A stretch of DNA of 64,000 bases from Camelus ferus. Lineage: Eukaryota. Shown here piece by piece: positions 26,660-39,389 of this stretch (position 1 is its first letter; each line of letters opens with the position of its first letter). The translations under genes were made by a program, and so were the position numbers. The DNA lies in assembly GCF_009834535.1 (NCBI RefSeq), contig NC_045697.1, positions 93,002,001-93,066,000 on the forward strand. Direction: 5' to 3'. The notes under the pieces are model-generated. The model searched no databases and was not told where the DNA came from. It saw only the letters and a program-made list of their open reading frames with translations.

Positions 26660-26816
26660 ACTTTTGGTACCTATTTTGAGCTATCTGCTCTGCTTCCCTT
26701 AGAAAACCTTGCCTGTGCTATGTGATACACACCTGTCTGACTGGCAGACCTACTGAGCACTCCAGAGTCAAGTCAATCCACAGATATAATATTAGTAAAG
26801 TTTTCACAGTAGGCAT
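26660..26816. repeat. Copy 2 of the diverged ~150-bp direct duplication
   Basis: See 25140-25293; carries an extra GTCAA 5-bp tandem duplication. Confidence 0.85.
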
Positions 26817-26965
26817 CATTTATTATTTTAGATAAAATGTATATGAATACATGTCATGATGTTTTCCTCCCATAATACCGTCATCTGGTCACATATCCTA
26901 CTTTGGTAGACACTGCTAGAGCTCATAGCAATATTCCCAGTAAGACTTCTATACACTCTGCTAGC

Positions 26966-26966
26966 A

Positions 26967-27023
<57 letters not shown>
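26966..27023 (+). repeat. (ATAA)n tetranucleotide microsatellite
   Basis: About 14 near-perfect units seen directly. Confidence 0.95.
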
Positions 27024-27025
<2 letters not shown>

Positions 27026-27805
27026 AATAAAGGCTGTTCCATTAGGAAATAAATCTATCTGATACCTCGGATTATTACAACCCTTTTCCATTTGTTCTGT
27101 TCTAGGAAAAACACAGTTAAAGTTAACTTTTTTCAGGTAAGGGTCAAATAATGTACTCCTAAAAGCTGCCTTTCCAGGCACTTAAAGAGAAAATTTTTTT
27201 TGCTACTTTTTTTGAAAAATCTGAGTATGAAATATATGAAAAACCTTTCAGATTCTTTTTCATGTGCTTTCTGTAAGACAAAACGACACATATGATTTAA
27301 TTCCACAATTCAGAAGAGCTGATATCCCCAAACTAAGTATCTGTGCAAATGATTCTGGAGAAATGTAAGTAATTTATAAGGTAAAGAAAGTATGTGATAT
27401 GCTTTTAATATAATCTACTAAATGAAACTTCTTCAGTGCTGTCAATCAAATAAAATCTGCATGCATTTCATAATTATAATTGTCTATTTTTTTATAAAAT
27501 GTGGCTTTAATAGCATTAGTAATTAACTATACTTCATTAACATGATGGAGCTGATCATATAAATTTTAAAACTTTAAAATCCACTATGTAAAATATACAT
27601 ATGAATATATCTTACTTGGGCTACTTCATAGGTTTAAAAAATGAAAAATAGTCCATTAGTCTCTCCCAAAAGACCAGACATCATTAGTATTTTATCAGAA
27701 ATAAACAAATAATAATTGCCTAGTACATTAGACTACTTCCAAGCCAAAAAAAAAAAAATTCCATTAAAATAACTATTGAACACTGATGTTTCCTTAATTC
27801 CTAGG

Positions 27806-28155
27806 ATGTTATTTTTCTAGAGCTACTAAAACAAAGTGCCACAAATTGAATGGTTTAAACAACAGGGATGTACTGTTTCACAGTTTTAAAGGCCAGAAGT
27901 CCAGAATCAAAGTGTTGGCAGGGCTGGTTCCTTCTAAGGGATGTGAGAGAGAATCTGTTCTATGCTTATCACTCAACTTCTGGTGTTTCACTGGCAACTG
28001 TTAGTACTCTTCAGTCTGTAGATGCATCACCCCAGTCTTTGCCTTGTCCTTCACATGGCACCCTCCCTGTGTGTGTGCCTTTTCATGCATGCTGTCCCTT
28101 TTATAAGGACATCAGTTATTGGATATGGCAAATATTAATGACCCCATCTTAACTA
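27806..28155 (-). mobile_element. MLT1C-like MaLR LTR (partial)
   Basis: AACAAAGTGCCACAAATTGAATGGTTTAAACAACAG...AGAAGTCCAGAATCAAAGTGTTGGCAGGGCTGGTTCCTTCT...TATAAGGACATCAGTTATTGGAT. Confidence 0.85.
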
Positions 28156-30709
28156 CTGTGTCAAATAATTTTACTTTTTAAAACAATAAATTCTAATAAA
28201 AATTCTAATAATGAATAATCAAATTTAAGAATAAATTATATGCAGTATAATATGAATTTTGAAGATGGGTATGTTGCCAGCATTCTGCTTCCAGTAAGTC
28301 TCTTTCTAAATTTATATTCCAAGGATTAGGGTATTAGAAAGCCTGTATTGCTTAGACATTAGTTACACTTGACCATCACATAACTTTTAAATTTGTCTTG
28401 ATAAAATAAATAAATTCACTTTATAAATATGATTATTCTGCCTCCAGAATCACAGATGAATATGAGGTCTGAGGGGTCCTTATCCAAGACGGGTCTCCAT
28501 ACTGGACTTTCTGAGGGACTGCTGTTCTTAACAAAGGAAAGAAAGACTGCACTGAACTGTCCTTCCCCACCCCTAGATAAACAAACAAACAGACAACAAA
28601 AACAAGCAATAAAGATCTGAGCTTGAGGCAGAAGGGACAGAGACTTGAGCAGCCCTAGGGCCTGCCTCTGAGTCATCCTAACTTAGAGAAAAGCAGGAAC
28701 CTCCCTACCTGCCAACAGTCTCAGCAGCAAAGAAAAGAGACACATTCTCTATGATGAAATCATGTACAAAATAGGCATGCATGGCTTCCATAAATAAAGA
28801 TGAAACATTTCTTTGTAAAGGAAGAATATAAAAAGGTTAGCCACTTATGAATGGAATTCAGCAGAAAATAAACATCTACCTATCTATCGATCTACTTACC
28901 ATCTCTTTATGTAATTGTTAATTATAACTGTTTCTAATTTTATATAATTTCAGACGAGGGAAAAGTTCACACTAGAGAATTAATTTTCATATAAAAACCA
29001 CTTTGATTGGTATAAGTTAATTTATAATCAATGTCATTTTATCTGTGTTTCTCTCATAATATGGTGCCTATCATGTATCCAACAGACAACATATGCTGAA
29101 TGAATGAATGAATGCTGATTGAAACCTGCAGGCTAGAGTACAGAACATATACCAGTTTAAGAATATGAACTTAAAGAGTAGACTTGTATAATTTGAGTAA
29201 AAAGAATAGTTTCTACACATTAAGGTATTTTAAAACTCTCCCCTTTTGGAGAATTTAATCTAAATTTTATGAAGTAAATTTTTTAATAGATTAAATATGG
29301 GCATATGAATAGCTCAACAGTTGAAAGACACCTGAAAACATGTTAGACCATTTTATTTAAATAGAAAAGAAATGATTATTTAGTAATCTCTTTCAACACA
29401 CACTAATGCTATAACTGTGAAAAATCTATTCACTAAGCTAATATTCTTTTTACTGCTTTCCAAATAAACTTGCAAATAAGGTAAAATCAATTAGTGAGAA
29501 AAATAGGGAAGAGGAAAAAATAAACAAACCATACAACAAAATATTGGTTGAAAGTAGCAGTAGGTTATTCTTCTTAAATAGGACACAAATGACATTCAAT
29601 ATATTGCTCAAATTATTTAAAATCCAAGAGGGAAAATATTAGTGTACATAGTGATGGCTAGTCTTTTATTCTTTAAGTGTGATTTGCACTGTCATTCTAC
29701 TTCCTAAACAACTCACATCAACAGAGCTGTAACAGATTTTATTTTTTCAATCAACAGTTTTCATCCACTATTTCTGTTATTATGCACTTTTGATTCTGCA
29801 GTACTGAGACTTCCTAGCTTCACTTAAGAATGTTTTTTATAGTTTTAGATGGGAACACTCACCTGCAAGTATATTTGAGCTTATAACATAGAAAACAAAA
29901 TCGAAGTAGCTGATCAGTGCATAGAAAAACTGGGGGAACAACAAAAGCTTGACTATAGCTATAATTACAGTGTCACATCATCGGGAAGTGCATTTTGACT
30001 TATCTTCTATGGACTTTGAATCATTACAGTAAACACCGATCATATCTGACTAATACGTATTATCCATTCAATTTTTCTATAACATTTGGAATGTAGATTT
30101 TAATGTTTTTAAGCTATATAAATACTTAAATTTATGGAGCTCTTTACAGACTAATGACTACCTCTTGATTTCTGTGATTAGTGACTCAGAATAATGCTAT
30201 AGTTTTGAGGAAAAAAATTGAAACAAATTAATATGCTGGGATTGAATTTGGACATCAAATAAGAGTCATCTATCTATAACAAACAGGGGTATGTAACCAG
30301 GTATTTTAATGTATGTGATCCCTGGGGTTTATATTTCTATGAATTATCCAAATGTCTTCATCATCTTGAAAAAAGAGTAGGAGAGAAGTAGAGAGGCAGA
30401 GTAGGAGAAAGGGAGAGAGAGAAAATTTAATCCTTGGAATCATTAATTATATAATCAACGTCTTGTGGGGTTTATTAATGATCTGCTCTATAAGTTAATA
30501 GGTCCCTTACTAGAAAAGTCAATACCTACCTAGTTATTTCTTTCTCAGAACACATTGTCTCTGTACCACCCATAATCAAAAACTATAATTTTATTTATCA
30601 AGAAAAAAATATATATATGTATTTTACATATAGAAATACACATGTGGTGCTAATTTCATGAATCAAATATAAAAACCACATTCATTATGTCATAATCTCA
30701 GCTTGTACA

Positions 30710-31199
30710 CGGGTATACCTCATTGATTGCACTTTGCTTTATTGCAAATATTACATTTTTTAAAAAATTGAAGGTTGTGGCAACCCTGCATCCAGCAAGT
30801 CTATTAGCATCATTTTTTCCAACAGCATTTGCTCACTTCATGTCTCTGTGCCACATGTTTAAAATTCTTGCAATATTTCAAATTTTTTCATTACTATTGT
30901 ATTTCTTTTGGTGACCTATGATCAGTGATCTTTGATGTTACTATTGCAAAAGATTACGATTCATTGAAGAATCAGATGCTGGTTAGCATTTTTTAGCAAT
31001 AAAGCATTTTAAATTAAGGTACTTATGTTTGTTTTTTTAGACACAGTGCTATTGCACACTTAATAGACTACAGCATAGTGTAAACATAATTTTCATATGC
31101 ACTCACAAACCAAAAAATTTATCTGATGCCCTTTATTTCAATATTCACTTTATTGTGACAGTCTAGAACCAAACTTGCAACATCTTCAGGGTATTTCTG
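30710..31199 (+). mobile_element. Internally deleted Tigger1 (TcMar-Tigger non-autonomous derivative)
   Basis: Degenerate TIRs CGGGTATACCTC...GGGTATTTCTG followed by TA; Tigger1 body TTGAAGGTTGTGGCAACCCTGCATC...CCAACAGCATTTGCTCACTTCATGTCTCTG. Confidence 0.9.
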
Positions 31200-33865
31200 T
31201 ACTAGGGAATAAATGAGATATCACAAATCCACTGTGGGCCTGACCATAAGATGCATTTCTCCTGACCTCCAGGATGCAAGCAGTCAAAAAGCTCAATGCT
31301 TACCTAGAAAGTTCAAGACTACTCACAATCATGGGCAAGACATTTTCAGGGCCAGATAAAATAAAGTCCAAACTGTGTCCCAACTGAGTGTACCCCTCTC
31401 AATGCTCTGGTTCCTCATAAGTCTTCTCTGCCAATCATTTCTTTTAGGAAGCTCCTCAGCTCTTCCGTGATGAAGATTGCATTCTTCATCATTCTTCACA
31501 TCTTTATCTTATGTTTTATTAATTCCTGCACTTAGTTTACTCTCCTTGATTACCTGAAGGATATTCTGTGCCACTTATTTGACCCCTGTCCCTTCTTTCT
31601 GTTTAACTGAAGAATTTACTTGAAACAGGTGGCTGTCAAAAAAACATCTTTTTGAAAATTTCCAAAATGGGTCAGAATTTTCCTTGACCTTTAAAACAAG
31701 AACTGTAAACTGAAAAACATATACATCCTAAGATTTACATGCTGCTCATCATAGTTTGTATTATAAAAACATCAATCCTGAAGTCCATGTATCTGTGACT
31801 TAATGATGAATTACTTCTTACCTGTAATTTTGATCTTAGGGACTTTGGTTTTCTCCATATGGAAAATGTCAATCAAACTAGCTGATACCTAAGTCTCTTC
31901 CTGATCTATCATTTTAAGACTCATTGTATTTCTATATTATTATTCTATATTAAGGGGCTCTTAGATCTACTATCTATTTATGTATTTCATAGCAATATTT
32001 GGACCCTGTAATCTAGAATCATTTCTCATGTTATTATATTTTCCTTGGATTTACTTATATGTTGAATAGTGAGAGTTGAATTTTAAATTTTATTAAATGA
32101 AAAATTACTTCTCTAGCTTATTAGTATTCAGTATTAAAATTAGTATTTAAAATTGCTAGTATAGTATTTTTTTTCATCTGTCAGCAAACAGTTGTTTTGC
32201 TTACATCTATCATACCATCACCTTAAATCTAATTCTAATTGGTTAAATGGTTTAAGGATAACTTCCTTTTGGTTGTCTACTGCATAGAAATACTCCCATA
32301 ATTTTTCTAAAATTCCCATTGTATATAGCATATAGGACTGTCTCAGATATAAAAACTACAGATATTTATACTTTTCAGAGTTAAATTTTATCTTATTTCA
32401 ACTAAATTAAATTAGATTGCTTCAGGTGAATATTTGTGTTTATTTTTTATTTTTTATATTTTTATATTTTCAGTATATTTTATATATAAATTATATTTCT
32501 ATATTATTTTATTATTTCTTTTTTATAATTTTATTCTGAATGAACATATATGATATTCTGGGTCAGAGAAATATTTATTATTTATTACCACACAGTAAAT
32601 AATGCTTGTTGGCCTCCTTTGTACTCATGCTTACTCCTGGCCTGACATGATGAGAATCAATAACAATTTTTCCTACAAAGGTAGCCAGGTCCTCTATAGT
32701 TAAGGGGTGAAGAAAATGTATTATCTTGTGTTTAGGACAGGTTGGAGGCAGCCCTCCCCTGCTCCACCTGAAAGGGTCTCCTAGGAAAAGTGATGGGTCT
32801 GAGTCCTCACTCTAGGCCTTCAGTATGTAAGTAAAATCGTTCTAGCAGCCAGGAATTTTGATGTGCCTCAGCTTTTAAGGCACAGAAACGTCTTCACATT
32901 TTATGGCTTCATCCCTTTTGACATATACACAAGTAGGGAGATAATTCTCCAGGCTGCTTACCCTGCAGAGCTTATTCTCTGGACAGAACCTGGGTTGAAA
33001 CCATTTGGTTCTCTTAGGGAGGTAAGAGAAATGTTATTATCCCTTCAAATCAAAACAATTCAGTTGACAAATGTCTAAAAATCTAATTCTTATTGTATGC
33101 GAGGAGCCTCAGGAGGCTAAGATATTTTACACTAGCACTGAGAAATCCAGGGAAATGTATTTCCCTGAATTAATATAAACTCATATAGCTTCAGGGAAAT
33201 GATCAATCTGTATATAAACCTTTGCTTTGTAAAAAAATACATCTAAAACATACTAGCATACAATATCTCGAGGGTTTGACTGATCTAGGCTGGTTTTAGC
33301 TAATCTTTGTTGGGCTTAGTCATATGTTTGTGTTTTGGCTGATTTATCATATGTTCTCTACCTCTCCTGGAACCAACAAGTTAACATACACAAGTCTTTC
33401 TCATGGCAATTGTAGGATCACAGAATTCCAAGCAGAATTTCCCCCATTCATTTGCATTTTCAGCCTATGCTAGAAAATTGCACACCACAACTTTCACCTT
33501 CTTTCTATAACCGAAGCTATTGCTGGCATCAGAGGTATCAAGCACTGAAAAACTGTCCAACATTTTCCATGAAAGTGAGTTAAAATAATATAGAAGATGG
33601 AGGCAGACAGAGAAAATGAAAGCTTTGTTCACATAGGTTAATGTGTCATGTTTGAATTGGATTGCATGAGAACTATCCTCAAGGACAAAAAAACCAAAAA
33701 TGAGATGGTGTTGATGGTGTGGGTAATAGTAGACATAGGATATTTGATTGCCTCTGACATTTGTGTTACTTATACATATAATATATCTGGTTGTATCATT
33801 TATTCTTTTCAGACACATTAACATTGTACCCAAAATTAGGTGTTTTAAAATGTACATGTTTTAAA

Positions 33866-34366
33866 TGCAGAAAATTAAAATGGAAGCATCAAGATTTGAG
33901 AATGAATATTCAAAATATGATGGCCAGACCATACATAAAAATAAAACTCTGACCACAACCTTCACAGCAGCCAGTCCAGGAAGCCAAACCACGACATGTG
34001 TATGCTTCAATCTGCCCCAGAGAACCTGCGCTTGGACAGTAACTGTCAGTTTCTTTCTTTTGCCCTCCTCTTCCCTTCCTCCCAGCTTCCCCCTCAGGAT
34101 CAACCAGAGAAACATTAATGTGCTACACTAACTAATCACACTGGATGACCTGCTTCCGGTTAGCCCATCTTCAGGTTTTCCATGCCAACAACTTCCAGTC
34201 AGGGCATACCTGAAGCCTTCCCTTTTTTCTACTGTAGTGCTTTCATAATCTCCAGGCTGGCTTTGAGTTTTTGTCAAATGTAAGTGTGGTGGTTGACTCT
34301 CTTGCAAGCTCTATGAATACATAGCCTTTGCTTATTCTCACATGGGTGGTCTTTGTTTATTTCCAC
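33866..34366 (+). mobile_element. Old ERV1 solo LTR (MER31/MER67/MER110 group)
   Basis: AAAACTCTGACCACAACC..., AATCACACTGGATGACCTGCTTCCGGTTAGCCC, GCATACCTGAAGCCTTCCC, GCAAGCTCTATGAATACATAGCCTTTGC, ending TTTATTTCCA. Confidence 0.7.
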
Positions 34367-34409
34367 CAGCAAAAAAAGTATATTATGAAGACAACTCCTT
34401 ACTGCCTAC

Positions 34410-35241
34410 CCTATACAAACCAGCAGTTTGCTCTCTGTGTCTATAAGTCTGTTTCTATTTTGTTTTGTTTTGTCTTTTAGATTCAACATATGAGTGAGAT
34501 TGTGCAGTATTCATCTTTCTCCATCTGACTTGTTTCTTTTAGTGTAATATCCTCTAGGTGTACTCCCATTGTCACAAATGGCAAAACTGTATTCCTTTAT
34601 GACTAATATTCCATTGAATATGCATACCACATCTTCTTTTACCATTTGTCTATCAATGGACATTTAGGTTTCTCAGTTGCTCTTGGCTATTGTAAATAAT
34701 GCTGCAATGAATTTAGGGGTGCACATATCTTCTGAATTAATGTTTTTGTTTCCTTGGAATTACTGGATTGTATGCTAGTTGTAGTTTTAATTTTTTGAGG
34801 AACCTCCATACTGTTTTCCATAGTGGCTGCACCAATTTACATTCCCCTGTACAGTGCATGAGGGTTCCATTTTCTCTACATGATCTCCAAAACTTGTAAT
34901 TTATTGTCTTTTTTGATCTTAGCCATTCTGACAGTGTGAAGTGATCTCTCATTGTGGTCTTCATTTGCATTTCTCTGATGATTAGTGACGTTGAGCATCT
35001 TTTCATGTATCTGTTGGCCACTTGTTTGTCTTCTTTGGAGAAATGTCTATTCAGGTTTGTTGCCTATTTTAAAACCAGACTGTTTTTCTGATATTGAATT
35101 GTATGATTTCTTTATATAATTTATATAGTAACCTGTCATTCGGTATTTGCAAATATCTTCTCTCCCATTCAGTAGGTTGTCTTTTCTTTTTGTGGATGAT
35201 GTCCTTAACTGTACAAAAGCTTTTTAGTTTGATGTAGTCCC
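34410..35241 (-). mobile_element. L1 ORF2 C-terminus/3' UTR fragment
   Basis: ORF 34737-35021 [25 protein letters not shown]...[19 protein letters not shown] is the L1 ORF2 C-terminal domain. Confidence 0.95.
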
Positions 35242-36267
35242 TGAGACATATATTTTAAAGGAGCAGTAAAATTTCTCCTGCTTAGGAAAATCTAATTTGA
35301 AAAATAGTTTTGCAGATTTAAATAACAATAGATGAAAGGTATGCCAACATATGATGAGATGGGAGTTTTAAATAGCATGTTACCTTCTAATATGTTATTC
35401 AGAATAAATCTCTCCTCTCAGTCAATCAGATTTCACTGCAATTATACATTCTTGTGATTAAGTGGTTCTCTTAAATGGTTGTAACACTGCTGTGATTGGA
35501 AATTTGATGTTTTCATTACTCCCAAGTGTAAATAATTTTTTGAAGATATCCCCAAATATACAGTTCATGGGATCTTTTCTCTAATATGTCTTGATTGTAG
35601 ACTACATGAAAGGAGGACTTTCTCTAGATTTTTCATCTTCTTTCACAAGTGTCAAGCTAGGGCATCACTCACCATAAGCACTAAATAACAAGTGAGTCTA
35701 ATATGCAATAGCTTTCACTAATAGGAAATAATTTCTTGTGAAATTTGTCATGTTATATGGGAAGATGTTGATTTTGAGTCTGGCTTAGAAATATAGGATA
35801 GACATATTTTTCTGTGTCATTATATGTGCTAACAGTTAGAGGTTAGTTACTAAGTATTTTTGTTTTCCTTGTCCAGGCTTATGAATTTTACTTGCAAAAA
35901 TCTTTTTCTTAGGTAATTACTTCTAATTTTTAAGTCTCCTTTGAAATTCATTGTTTCTGTGGGTTTCTTGAATTTATAAGCTTTAAAGAGACACAGTGAT
36001 TTATAAATAGCCCACTAGAAGCGTAACAGAAATAGAAATATTTTGCACTTCAATAGCACATTATTTCAGACTATTGCTGTATAACCTCTTAAAAATACAA
36101 TTTAGTTAAACTATTCAACTGTGCTATATATATATATATAGATGTATATAAAATGAAATATTTGTTATTTTGTCTGTGTCCCTCTTGGAATCAAATATTA
36201 CACAAAACAAGATACTTGTTTTCCATCAGTTGCTATCTATATGCCAAAACATTTATAAAGCTGTGGT

Positions 36268-36316
36268 GACAAAAGAATACATATTGTAGACAAAAGAATA
36301 CATATTGTAGACAAAA
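36268..36316 (+). repeat. Perfect 21-bp tandem duplication (GACAAAAGAATACATATTGTA x2.3)
   Basis: Seen directly. Confidence 0.95.
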
Positions 36317-39300
36317 CAAATATTCTTTCAGAATTCAATTTCAAAGATTACAAAAAGTAAATCTTTATATTATGACCAATGATTTAATAGTACAAAGTAC
36401 TATAGTAATACACAACCTAAGCCTTAGGATTTGTCTTCTTAATTTTCACCCTTTAAAATAGTCACATTTTCAAAATTAAGAAATTATTTTAGATGACTTT
36501 ACAATGCTTAATATATATAAAGTTCTTACAATAGTACCAACATTTTCTTGATGCTCTATGATTGCCTGCTATTGTTATTAGTGTTAGCACTACTCTTATT
36601 AAGGATTATTTAGGTAGACATTTCAGAATAAATTTTCACTAGCTGTAAGGTATAATATCATCAAGATTCATCTATTATAGCATTAGATGAAAAAGAAAGA
36701 TGTTTGTGGCTCCATCCACCCACTTATAGGGGAATAAAAATACTTCACAGCTATAAAAATAAGACAAAGTCCTTAATCACACTGGCAGTGGTCATTGCAT
36801 TTAATTTTCCATGGTTCCTTCACAAATGTTTTTATCAATCTCTTGAGAATCCAACTCTCACTTGAAAGTGAAATGATTCAAGTTGAGATTGTATAATTGG
36901 TTTATACTCATTTGTAGTTATAAGCTAGAAAATCTTAAAAGAAAAACAACCTTTGAGCAAAGAACAAGGGATGTGACTGGGCCTGGATATGCTAACTGGT
37001 GACCTTGAAACTCTTCCTCCCTTTGTTTGTTTGCTTGTGTTTTGAAGTGTTTGTTAGTTACTGTGGTATAGAGACTATGGATCCTGCTGGGTATTTTTAT
37101 GTAACTTGCCTCTGGAAGGAAAATACTGTAAATTTTTATGAGTGCAACCCCTGTAATTATATGCATGCCTATCCCAGTACTCTGAGAGAGTAAGGGCGTT
37201 TACAAAACCACATACATCCCACTGAAAACAGTGTGGTATAATGGATAGCAAAGTATTACACCCCAGTAAATTTAAGGAATGCTATTCATAGTCCCCATGC
37301 CACTAAATGAGAAACAAATTGTACTAGAACCTCAGGAAGAAAAGTGAGCATGTGGCTAATACTGAGTTCCCCCGCCTCAGTAAAATCTCCATAATGTAGT
37401 ATTTGAGCAGTCTCATTTACTGCTTTAGGCTTTCCCTCGCCTCTCTCCTACAAAATGGGATACAAACATTCCACAATGAATGAGACTACATATTCATTGG
37501 CCTTATCTTCTTCTCTGGCATTATTGTACCCAGGTTATGAATTCAATGCTAGAGCCTGTTAATTGTTTTATAAATATACCAAATGGTCAGTCTCCTTCTC
37601 ATTTTAGCATGGTACTATTTGTTTACCTTCCATGCTTAATATAGTAGGTGAGATGATGAGGAACCTGAGAACTGCAAAATGGCAAACTGTACAGGAACAA
37701 ATGTAACACTAGGGTTCAGGCATACTAAATCTAAAAGGACAGGCTGGTAAAATTGTGAATCATTCTCTAGGTAGGCAAATTAAGCCTTAAGAGACAATGT
37801 TATAAAATATTTGGCCAGCAGACATATGGTTATTTGGGTTCCTGGAAGCAGCTTAAAAATCCTCCTAGGAGAATATTATTTCCAGTAAAGGTATGAAAAA
37901 AATAGTGAGGGATTGCTCCAGTTAGTGATTCATTCAGCAACTCTGGCAACACTGCATAATCAGTAGATTATATATGTGTTTGGCTAAATAATGAAAGAAA
38001 CTTAGGATACTAACTTGGAGGGAAAAATTAGAAGAAATACTAAGGATTCTGGGAGAAAAAAACTATCCAATTCAATAATAGAAGCAAATATGGTAACAAG
38101 ACTTGAGAGTCTATTCATTAATTAAAGTGCTTAGTTCTCAAATGGAATATAATAGAAAATTTAAGTAGAATAGATGGATAAAACTTCGCACAAATAAACC
38201 AACTGCCACAAAATTGGGTACTGTGGGACAACCCTAACAGAATGCAAAACAAATTAATTTTAACATCATATCTTATTTTGTTCTTTGTTAAGGAGGTGCA
38301 ACTTCCAGCTATAGCCAAGTGAGAAGTCTAACAGGTCCTCTCCTTAACAAGTACCTAAAAAGCTAGAAAAAAAAAAATATAAAATAACCACTATTTTAGG
38401 GTTCTGGTATTTGACCAAAGACATAAACCAAGTTAAGAAGTACTTGCACTTGAAAAATTGCTTAAACATTAGTAAGAACTGTGGGAATCTGTAGCACTTG
38501 TCCTGGGGCTGCTTAGACATTTTTCCCTTACACTCACGCTTACACATCATTAGCATGAGACTTCTGCCACAGCGGGGAAAACCACAAGGCTGGCAGCTTC
38601 TCTGCTATGGTTAAAGATTTGATTTGAAGCAACGAGCAATGCCAGTACCCACCATCATTATTAGTGTATAGGATTCCTTAGAGGCAACAGGGATGTAAGC
38701 TTATTCTACTAGCCTGAGGTTGTGGTCATGGTTACAGAAAGAATACCTCGGGCTGTGGCTTTGCACTTGTGCACTGGAAAAGAGAGGGCCTGCCTGCTGA
38801 CAAACTCCTAGTATACTCTGTGGCTGTCCACCTGGGCACAGAAGACATGAAGAACCCAGAAAGAAGAAACATCCAGTGATAACTTAAGAATTGTTTGAAC
38901 TTTAAATATGCTCCCTTATGCAAATACAGATTCATGACAGAGTTGGAAGGATTATTTCCTAGATTTTTAAAAACAACCTCTGTGTAGTCATTGGTTGATT
39001 ATTAAATTTATGGAAAGAAGGAAAAGTTAGGCTTAACCATAAAAGAAGAATTATTTCAAAATAAATAAAACTAAGAAGACAAACTGTCCAGTGCAATGGA
39101 AATAGAATTTGCAGACTTAATCCAGGAAGATCATTTTAAAAAAGGAACTGAAAAGAAACAAAAAATGAATGAAAAAGAGAAAAAGCTAACAAACAAAAAA
39201 CAATGAAAACAATCTTTGGAGAAAATAACAGGATTGAGAATTGAGAGTAGATAAAATATACTAATATAATAATTATATTTATATTAATAAATTATTGAAT

Positions 39301-39389
39301 ATATTAATATAAAATATATTTATAATAATTAAAATAATTAATATATAAAATATATTATGAAAATACTCAATTTTCAACTTAAAATATTA

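Noticed and set aside
26715..26760. C/D-box snoRNA-like layout in the duplicated unit (GTGCT...AGCAC stem, ATGTGAT, two CTGA)
   Set aside because: Only ~46 nt, the C box deviates from RTGATGA, and the terminal stem is broken in the other copy. A snoscan/Infernal search would settle it.
30723..30914. Similar ORFs at 30723-30914 and 48906-49100 suggesting a gene family
   Set aside because: Both are chance frames in the non-coding left arm of Tigger1 copies.
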